From Octopus vulgaris (taxonomy: Eukaryota): a stretch of 64,000 nucleotides of DNA. Under the pieces are notes generated by a model that was given only the letters and a program-made list of their open reading frames with translations, was not told the DNA's origin and ran no database searches. The translations under genes were made by a program, and so were the position numbers. Every line of letters begins with the position of its first letter. Positions within the stretch are counted from its first letter, which is position 1. Below are positions 54,830-64,000 of this stretch, piece after piece. The stretch lies in NCBI GenBank assembly GCA_951406725.2, contig OX597815.1, positions 142,476,001 through 142,540,000 on the forward strand. The letters run 5' to 3'.

Positions 54830-55719
54830 AAAGGCCTGTTTTACAGCATCGTCGGGATTAAATTTTTCCTACCAAAAGTTATCCAAATTCTGGAAGAATT
54901 CATAGCCAGTGGGCGCAAGATCATGTGAGTATGGTGGATGATGGAGAACTTCCAACTCAAACTCCAGTAGTTACGACAATGTTATTTCTGTAATGTGTGG
55001 TCTGAATTTGTCTCTCAATAAAATAGGAGTGGATCTGTTGACTAAGCTAGGCTGTTTTTTTTAAAAAGTTTATGCATCATATGGTCCAGTTGGCTGCAGT
55101 ATACAGTATACCGAGATTGATGAGCCAGGTTTAATGAAATCATAATGGATCACACCTGTGCCGGACCACCAAATACACACCACCAGCTTCTTTTGGTGAA
55201 TTTTGCGTTTTGGACGGTGTTTTAGTGGCTCTTCTTTGTCCAACCATTGTGCTGAACGTTTACGATTGTTGTATTGGATCCGTTTCTCATCACATGTTAC
55301 AATTCGATTCAAAAAATATTCAATTTTGTGACAAGAATGTAGCACAATACAGACTTCCAAACATTGCTGTTTCTCATTTTCATTGAGTTCATGTAGAACC
55401 TCCTTATCCAAATTTTTCACTTTACCAATTTGAACTAGGTGAGTCAATGTTGTTTGCTTGCTAATACCAAACAACAACGATAATTCAAGGGCACTTTGAA
55501 ATGGATTTCGTCATTATCCGCCTTTGTTTCTGGTCGACCGCGTTGATCATTTGTGTGGTCAAAGTTACCAGAACGAAATTTTGAAAATCAATTTGTTACT
55601 GTCTGCTGCGTAATAACATTAGAATGAAATACTCCATTAATATTTTGAAGGATCTGTGATATTGTATTTCCAAGAAATAATTCATATTTCAAAACTGTAC
55701 GAATTTTCGACTTATCCAT
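54830..55719 (-). mobile_element. mariner (cecropia/Hsmar1-like) transposase pseudogene
   Basis: MDKSKIR, FRSGNFD..RGRP, IVTCDEK.IQYNN, WWSGTGVIHYDF, HPPYSHDLAPT. Confidence 0.9.
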
Positions 55720-56026
55720 CTCTAAACCAAAATAGCAAAATACGATTTATAAATACTTTATAAATCGCAAAATCAGTTATAATAAACAAATAGATGTGTT
55801 AGCTTTCTAACAAAAACTAAAGATTGTCAAAATATTATAATGACGCAAAATGAGCAGCTGTCAAAGTTTACTACAAATTTTATACCAAAGAATGAAAATC
55901 TACAAATTTATGAGACCATCGCAGTCGTGATCACTTCATAAGCATAATATACCAACTAGTGAGTACGTTGAAACTATGTAAAGCGCACAGAGCATCGATT
56001 TTGAATCACCTATATGATTATTATTG

Positions 56027-56755
56027 CCTCGGCGGAAACTCAGAACGTAAAGACAGACGAAAAACCTATTTCTTTACTACCCACAAGGGGCTCACAGAGA
56101 GAACAAACAAGGACAGACAAACGGATTAAGTCGATTACATCGACCCCAATGCATAACTTGTACTTATTTAATCGACCCTGAAGGGATGAAAGGCAAAGTC
56201 GACCTCGGCGGAATTTGAACTCAGAACGTAACGGCAAACGAAATACTGCTAAGCATTTCGCCTGGCGTGCTAACGTTTCTGCCAGCTCGCTGCCTCCAGA
56301 CGAAATACCGCTAAACATTTCACTCGAAGTGTTAATATTTCTGCCAGCTCGCCGCTTTCCTTTGGTTATATTCTACAATATGATTGATATAAGTGCAGTG
56401 ACTGCTTTCCTTCTTGCTAAACAGCTTCACAAGCGAAGTTTCAAGGAAAAAAAGGAGACAGTGATTAATTCAGTTAGGAAAGGAACTTGCTGGAGTTAAT
56501 TGTCAACAAGAATATGACAAACACTCTTCTAATTCTGCTAACATTTCTCAACCAAACAAGAAAAGAAGACGATCTTCAACCTTATTTGAGATTCCACAGT
56601 GATAGAAAATAGAATGATATTCTTTGTGTGGCCCCAAAAAATAAAACAAGAGAGCTCATACCACATGTAAGTATTGTAATATCCATGTTTGCCAAGAACA
56701 TTCCTGTATTGTCTGCATTCACTGCCATGAGGAGCTGTAATTCTGCACTTTTGTA
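56027..56755 (+). mobile_element. Partial second copy of the SINE-interrupted piggyBac 3' end
   Basis: Aligns to ~62537-62997, including the same SINE/piggyBac junction. Confidence 0.9.
56067..56296 (-). mobile_element. Younger SINE-A nested inside an older SINE-A
   Basis: TSD CAGACGAAA(A/T)ACC at 56054-56066 and 56297-56309. Confidence 0.9.
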
Positions 56756-56789
56756 ATGTTTTTAATTTGTAATATATTCCTCTTCTAAT

Positions 56790-56935
56790 TATTCTTCTTC
56801 GTCTTCCTTATCCACTTCCCCTTCCTCCCCATCTGCTTCCTCTTCCTAATTCTTATCCTTCCTCATCCTCCTCTTTTTCTTCTTCTTCATCTTCTTTTTC
56901 TTCTGGTTACTCTTGCTGCTGCTGCTAGTCCTGCT
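56790..56935. repeat. Polypyrimidine (CTT/CCT)/(GCT) low-complexity tract
   Basis: Directly visible. Confidence 0.85.
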
Positions 56936-57449
56936 GCAGCTATTGGTTCCCACTTATCTTCGTTTCGAATTCTCCTTCGTAGTCTTTTGTCACCTCCTCA
57001 ATATGATATCTTACATCTTTATATTACTTCCTTTTCCTTAAAGTGTGCTCTACGCGTTTTGTTTCCTATATCGCGTTTTATATCCTTCAAAATCTATGTT
57101 TTACAGGAACTGTTCACTAATAGGAATTGCAAACCTACAATGGAAGAAGTGTAATGTATACGTATGGAACACCACCACCACCAACTCAGAAAATCTTATA
57201 TATAAAATTAAAAAAACAAATACCAGTTGAGCTCTGGTCTATGCGACATACCCCCTCCCCAGAAAGTTCATGCCCTGTGCCTATATTAGAAAGGACTATA
57301 TAAGGTGGCGAGCTGGCAGAGTCTTTAACACGCCGGGCAAAATATTTAGTGACATTTCATTCCGTCCTTGCAATATGAGTTCAATTTCCACCGAGGTCGT
57401 CTAAAACAATAAGTTACAAATCATAAAAAATGCGAGCATAAAAAGGAAC

Positions 57450-58095
57450 AGCATAAATCCTCGGAAAACAAACCACTTAACAGAAACGGCACGTGTAGAA
57501 TTTTATCCTAATACGATGGAAAGAGAAGTCACTAAGTAGTGAAATACTGACATATATTAAGCAGGTTCTAAGAATGAAGGACAGTAGACTCAAAGCATTG
57601 TGATCGTGCAGGTTCAATATGGTACTCCAGAAATTAATTGAAACATATAATGAATGAGAATACATTAACATCGTTTAGTTTGAGTTGAAATGACTTCGTA
57701 CAGTGAAGTTTTTAATGAAGAGAGAGTATATAACTGCAGGCAATAAAAAAGATGTGAACTTTCAGAGAGAGGGCATTGTGCCACTATTATTGAATATTAA
57801 TAGAAAGTAGGCAGCATTATCTTTATCCCGATATTGTTCAAGTGTCACCATGTTCTGAATTATGACAATACACATGCTCATAGTCATATTGATCACGTAT
57901 AAACAACCGAATACGATTGTTATTGATACACAGAAAAGAATGCAGTTTCCTTTCGAATGCACCGCAAACAATAACAAACCAACAAAGTACCCACTCGACA
58001 CCCGCACAATATGCTAATATATACCCCACCACCATTACGCTATCAAAGTACACCGGAAATCACAAAGTTAATGGCGAACCATTAAGGTTCTGACA
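57450..58095 (-). pseudogene. Possible decayed intronless SLC16/MCT-like MFS transporter
   Basis: Hydrophobic frames with MVTLEQYRDKDNAAY..NNSGTMPSL (cf. VGQYFxKxRALA..GSG) and ALSLLSFI...LLSDF. Confidence 0.3.
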
Positions 58096-58367
58096 ATTTC
58101 AAATAAACAGAACGCAGCCCCTTAATAATATACGCTTTGGGAATATAAGGATAATACATTTACAAACCGCCTCAAAATAACCGCTTACACAACAGGGACA
58201 AAAGAACACTACTATTTATAGTGTAATTTGATATAGAGTAACCGAGGATTAATGTACAATATGCATAAAATAGCAATACCATGCATTCCACATATTACGT
58301 TGACTACTTCATTACAAGCGAGAAGTATAAAAGAAATGCTACAGATTAAACAATAAATAATAATAAT

Positions 58368-58586
58368 AATATTCTTTTGTACTCTAGGCACAAGGTCCGA
58401 AATTTTGGGGGAGGGGGGCCAGTCGATTAGATCGACTCCAGTACGCAACTTTTACTTAATTCATTGATCCCAAAAGGATGAAAAGCAAATTCGACCTCGC
58501 CGGATTTTGAACTCAGAACGTAAAGACAGACGAAATACCTACGCATTTCGCCCGGCATGCTAAAGTTTCAACCAGCTCGCCGCCTT
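58368..58586 (-). mobile_element. SINE family A, full length
   Basis: Homology to other copies; TAA-type tail. Confidence 0.9.
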
Positions 58587-58605
58587 TCCCAATTTTCAGT
58601 ACATA

Positions 58606-59869
58606 TCAGGTCATCCTATGAGTTCTGTCTGATTTTAACTTATTTAAAATTGAATGAAATTTAATAGTATTTTAGAACGTCTAATGGATTTTAAAATTAT
58701 TTTTATACATTTGTGTACATTTAAACTAATTAAATATTTTTTTACAGAATAATAGAATTAAATATTATTTGATTAAAACCCTGTCTAACATGGAAGTATC
58801 CAAAGAGAATTTGAGGCACATAAAGCTTTATGAGTACAAAAATGGAAACTCTGCAGCCGAAGCGACTCGTAGCATGCACCTAGTTAATGGGAAAGAATGC
58901 TTGAGTGAAAGCACTTGTAGAGGATGGTTTGCAAAATTCAGAAGTGGAGATTTCAGCCTTGTCCATTTGAGTTTCAGGATAAGCTCCGTGAGGCATTACT
59001 TGAAGAAAATCCCGCATTATCACTTGAAGAATTGGCAATAAAGCTTAGTTCAAACCATATAACTGTTCCTCGTCATCTTCAACAACTTGGAAAGGTTCCT
59101 AAACTTGGAAAATGGGTGCCTCATGAATTGTCGGAAAGCAACCGCAAATCCCGAGCTGACATCTGCTATTCTCTCCATTCTCACGAATTCATTTCGCCCT
59201 TTTTGGATAGACTTGTGACTGGCCATGAAAAATGGATCTTCTATTGAAAGTTAAACGTGATAAATAGTGGCTTAGTAAAAAGAAAAAAAAAGGTTAACCA
59301 CAACCGAGAATGGAACTTGGGGAAAAAAATATTCTTCTCTCTATCTGGTAGGAGTGCAGAGGAGTAATTCACTGTGAATTGTTACCACCAAATGCATCAA
59401 TCAATACTCAAGTCTACTGTCAGCAGTTAGAGCGTTTGAACCACACTTTGAAGAAAGAAAGACCTGCTATGGTGAATCGAAAATGATTGATGTTTCATTA
59501 GGACAATGCGCGACTCCACATTGCAAACATCACATCACAGAAGAACGAAGAGCTAGGTTGGGAAAAAATTCCATATCTACCTTATTCTCCCGACCTTGCT
59601 CCTTCAGACTATTATTTGTTTTGCAGTTTATGGAATCATTTGATATAAATTTCGCAAGCTAGGAGGGGGTCAAAACAGACGTTTCAAAGTTCTTCGCTTT
59701 GAAACCAAAAGAGTTTTACATTGATGGGATTAAAAAGGTTGTAAGTAGATGTAAGGAAGTCATAGATAATCAGGGAAAATACATTGATGATTAAATTTCA
59801 ATTAAATATAAAATTTGATCACTTGTTTTCTGTATTCAAGATTCGGACAGAACTTAACAGATGACCTAA
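58606..59869 (+). mobile_element. Full-length mariner (DD34D), pseudogenised
   Basis: TA|TCAGGTCATCCTATGAGTTCTGTC ... GACAGAACTTAACAGATGACCTAA|TA; WVPHEL, TGHEKW, DNARLH, PYSPDLAPSDYYLF. Confidence 0.94.
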
Positions 59870-60099
59870 TAATATGAAGCACAGACTGGTTCAACAAAAA
59901 TCTCGGGCCCCATCGAAGTCATGACTCTTGGGTGCGCTTCTGATGATACATTTTAGCGAATTAGATATTAGAAACTTGTACATTTACAGCGCTTAGAGAT
60001 TTCCTCTTGTTGCAAATCTTCTCCGTTACCTCAGCTTTCAAACTGATACTCAAAGAAGAAATGAAATTAGTTGTTATGGTGACAGTAAACACAAGTGTC

Positions 60100-60285
60100 A
60101 TCTGAGGCAAAGCACCAGTGTCATCTCAACGTGACACAGAGAGGCCGGCCTTGAAATACAGGGCAGGAAGTAAGGTGAGAGAAAGTTGTGGTAAAGGTAT
60201 AGCAGGGCGGAGCCTCGTGGAGCTTTAAGGTGTTTCGCTCAATAAACACTCCAACGCCCGGTCTGGGAATCGAAACCGCGTTTGT
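60100..60285 (-). mobile_element. tRNA-type SINE fragment
   Basis: B box GGTTTCGATTCCC on the minus strand. Confidence 0.6.
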
Positions 60286-60294
60286 TTGCGCCTC

Positions 60295-60338
<44 letters not shown>

Positions 60339-60341
<3 letters not shown>

Positions 60342-60402
60342 TTTAACAAGCATATCATTGTTAGTGACCTCGAAGTTTCCGCCATCATTGGACTGTCATT
60401 AT
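60339..60402 (-). mobile_element. PLE-type terminus with a decayed hammerhead abutting (TA)n
   Basis: Minus ATAATGA-CAGTC..GGCG-GAAAC(TTCGAG)GTC. Confidence 0.4.
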
Positions 60403-60517
60403 ATATCTCTCAGGACATAGTTCGCCTCGTAATATTTGTTCTCTGTCCTATACATTAGTGAAGCAGATGATCATTGAAAGTTCATCTCTCCTTACCTATA
60501 TATAATTATATATTTAA

Positions 60518-63205
60518 TCTTCCATCTACCAATGGATCCAATGGACCCATTTCCGTTTTTTTTTCAGTTGCTTTTTCCTACTGTTTATATTATTTGATTT
60601 TGCCGATTTCTCGTGACTCTTATTTTTACTTGACTCTTTTATTTGTCAAATGGAACATTTTCCGTATGTGTACAAAAAACTATAAGGTTTAACTTTATAT
60701 AATTAGTGTATGGGTCCATTGGACCTGTGAATTAAATTCAGACAATACTCTTGTCATTCTAAACAGAATAAAACAGTATCAAATATTATTTTCCTAGATA
60801 TTTATCAGATATAAAATAGATAAAATTGTATTAAATTTATTTGCTGAATTTTAGATAAAATAGGAAAAAACGATGCCTATATATTTGTGTTGTGTTGCAT
60901 CACCTTCAATCTGCTAGGTTTTAGCGTGATGCGATATTTCTGTGATGAGGCAATTCTTACAATATATTGCATCATCTTTCGAGAGAGTATATATATGTGA
61001 TTAAGCATAGTTTACTTTAGTTTGCTATCAGGTTTCATACAGTTCAATTATGCTTTCTAATTTGCCTAGACGTGAAAACTTCAGTAAAGACAAAAAATCG
61101 AAAATGTTATTTGAATTAGACGAAGAATGGGAAGAAGATAGTAGTGATTCTTTCATCTGAAGATGATGGTGAAAGTGATTTTGTGCTGGACATTTGAGGT
61201 CCTGTGTCATCAGATGATGAATATAGTCAAAAACAATTATTTGCAAGCCACCCAATTATGAAGGAGCAATATGTTTCTTGAGAGAGATAAGAAGTTTGGC
61301 ATTCTAATTTTCTTATTCAAGCAGCAGTAAATAACTTATCTTGCAATATTGTGCGCCAAGAATGTGGATCATCCCGTCTTCCTAAAAGGTCATGCGATAG
61401 CATTGAAAAATGTTTTACTCTGTTTATGCGCCAGAATTCTCTTGAAGTAATTTGTAAATGGACAAATGTTGAAGGTCAAGTTGTTTACAAATATAATTGG
61501 AAGGCAATTGATCATTTTTAACTAAAGACATTTATGGGACTGATTATCCTTATAGCGGTTTATAAATCTAATCATGAAAATGTCGCACAGTAATAAAGTC
61601 AAGAAGATGCCCCCTCCCCCAACAGTCAACAAAATTACGATCCAGGGGAGATTTCAGCATATTTTACAAATATTGTGTTTTGATAATGCTACTGCAAGAA
61701 GAAAAACAAGAAAAGATCATAAAATAGATCACATAAGAGAAATATTTGAAATGTGAAATCAAAATTTGCAAGAAGGATATGTTCCATGTTCATGCATGAC
61801 AGTTGATGAACGATTAGTTTCATTCAGAGGGCGTGGCCCATTCCGAGTATATATTCCTTCAAAACCAGGGAAATATGGAATTAAAATTTGGGCAATATGC
61901 GACAGTGAAACACCTTATGCTTTGAAAATGCAAATCTACACTGGAAAAGACCCAGTAAAAGGGAGAGAGAGACAAATTAACGTTCAAGAGTTGTTGAAGA
62001 CCTAGTAAAATAACTTGAAAATACTGGTCGCAATATAACTTGTGATATTTTGTTTTGAAGTCTAGAATTAGCTGGAAAGATTCTTAGCAAAAAAACTACT
62101 TTAGTTGGAGCAATTATAAAGAACAGAGTTGAACTTCCATATGCTTTCACAAATGCAAAAGAAAGAGAAATCAACAGCACAGTATTTAGATTTCAAAAGA
62201 ATTCTATGATCCTATCTTATTTTTCCAAGAAAAATTAAGTAGTCACACTTATGAGTACAATGCACTCTCAGTCTTCACTTGATTCAAAAAGTGCCGAAAA
62301 GAAACCTGAAGTTATTACATGTTACAACCAAACAAAAGCAAGAGTAAATACCCTAGTAAATATTTTAAGAACATACACTTACAAAAAAATGACTCGAAGA
62401 TGGCCTATGGTTGTATTCTTTTCTGCACTAGGCAAAAGGCCCGAAATTTTGGGGGATGGGGCGAGTCGATTACATCGACCCCAGTACGCAACTGTACTTA
62501 CTTTTTCGATCCCGAAAGGATGAAAGGCAGAGTCGACCTCGGCGGAATTTGAACTCAGAACGTAAAGACAGACGAAATACCGCTAAGCATTTCACTCGGA
62601 GTGTTGATATTTCTGCCAGCTCACCGCCTTCCTTTGGTTATATTCTACAATATGCTTGATTTAAGTGTGGAGACTGCTTTCCTTCTTGCTAAACAGCTTC
62701 ACAAGCGACGTTTCAAGAATAAAAGAAGATAGTGATTAATTCAGTTAGGAAAGGAACTTGCTGGAGTTAATGCTCAACAAGAAAATGACAAACAATCTTC
62801 TAGTTCCGCTAACATTTCTCGACCAAACAAGAAAAGAAGACGATCTTCAACCTTATTTGAGATTCCACAGCCAAAATAAAAAAAAAGGTAGGAGAACTCA
62901 TACTACATGTAAGAATTGTAATACCCATGTTTGCCAAGAGCATTCCGATGTTGTCTGCATTAACTGCCATGAAGAACTGAAATTCTGTACTTCTGTATCT
63001 TTTTAAAATTTATGATGTATCCTCTAAGCTGCATTGTTTTCTATTAAAATTTGAGAGAAACAGTAATTCTTCATTCACCTGATGGCACCTGATGCAGCTA
63101 AGAAATAGTGGTAGCTTGAATGAAATTTAATTAAAAGAAATATATTGGGTCCATTGGACCCTGTTGGTAATTAGTAACATATATTTTTCTCGCGTAGACC
63201 AAGGG
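60518..63205 (+). mobile_element. piggyBac DNA transposon (~2.7 kb), pseudogenised, TTAA-flanked
   Basis: TVDERLVSFRGRGPFRVYIPSKPGKYGIK, NITCD, MSTMH, KPEVITCYN, RRWP, C-terminal CKNCNTHVCQEHSDVVCINC; right end GTAGACCAAGGG|TTAA, decayed left end TTAA|TCTTCCATCTAC; subterminal GGGTCCATTGGACC motifs near both ends. Confidence 0.92.
62420..62630 (-). mobile_element. SINE-A inserted in the piggyBac transposase
   Basis: Diverged 16-bp TSD CCT(A/T)TGGTT(G/A)TATTCT at 62404-62419 and 62631-62646. Confidence 0.92.
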
Positions 63206-63411
63206 TTAATCATTCTCGCCGACTCATATGTAAGGAAATATGATATGAACCACAAGAAGCATACTCGTTACACAAGTTAGGTGTAAAAAAATTGCTTGAT
63301 AATGGCTTAGCTGCCTGAAACTTGGGAGTCACAGTCAATACTATTATTAACGTTTCTATTCTACTAAATGAATTGCGTTATCCTTCAATTGAAAGCAAAA
63401 TTATTTTTATT

Positions 63412-63470
63412 ACACACACACACACATGCATACGTGATACATGCATATATATAGATATATATATATATAT

Positions 63471-63541
<71 letters not shown>

Positions 63542-63582
63542 TAGTGTGTGTGTATGTGTTTATATTTATCTCTACATGTATG

Positions 63583-63658
<76 letters not shown>
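63412..63658. repeat. (CA)n, (GATA)n and (TA)n microsatellites
   Basis: Directly visible. Confidence 0.95.
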
Positions 63659-63662
<4 letters not shown>

Positions 63663-64000
63663 TTTCAACATGTGTCTGTACATTGTACTCTTGAAAAGAT
63701 AGAAATGTAATACTAACGCCACCACTTATGTCTATTGAAACATTGCAGTTGCGTTGTGGACCTTTCATCACAGCCATCTTCTGGAAGTAATGGATACGCT
63801 TCATTCTTTTTCACATCTTATTTGCTTACATCAGTGTCTTCTATAATGATGAAATATATAATTAGGAAAGGTGAGAGGAACTTACATTTATCATACGTTG
63901 CAGCATTGGGTAGAGAACAAATACCACAAAGTGGGGCATGTTGTAGTATGTATATAATTGACATTATAGTTCCACCCATATAATAATACAATGCATAGAA

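Overview
AT-rich eukaryotic DNA dense in microsatellites and transposon relics. The repeat repertoire looks like an octopus/coleoid cephalopod genome (my inference from SINE and microsatellite style, not from a search). I recognise no intact host gene, and almost all listed ORFs are microsatellite read-throughs or transposon fragments. Retroelements: several R4/Dong-type RLE LINE relics, an L1/Tx1 3' fragment, an RTE endonuclease, Penelope-like elements (PLEs) and at least three tRNA-type SINE families. DNA transposons: a GC-rich Tc1 with TIRs, four mariners, two maT, one rosa, Merlin, PIF/Harbinger, a piggyBac with a nested SINE plus a partial copy, and a non-autonomous Helitron. The most notable signal is an intact minimal type-I hammerhead ribozyme present on both strands of a perfect 161-bp-arm palindrome (15956-16281). 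Several decayed hammerheads sit in PLE termini inside or near (TA)n tracts, and one tRNA-headed SINE runs into a hammerhead core. There are also clear local rearrangements: a templated patchwork at 7.8-8.5 kb, a 410-bp inverted duplication, and an inversion with 24-bp inverted breakpoint duplications. Weaker candidates are spliced exons at 36-40 kb and a decayed SLC16-like transporter at 57.5-58.1 kb. All protein assignments come from reading motifs by eye.
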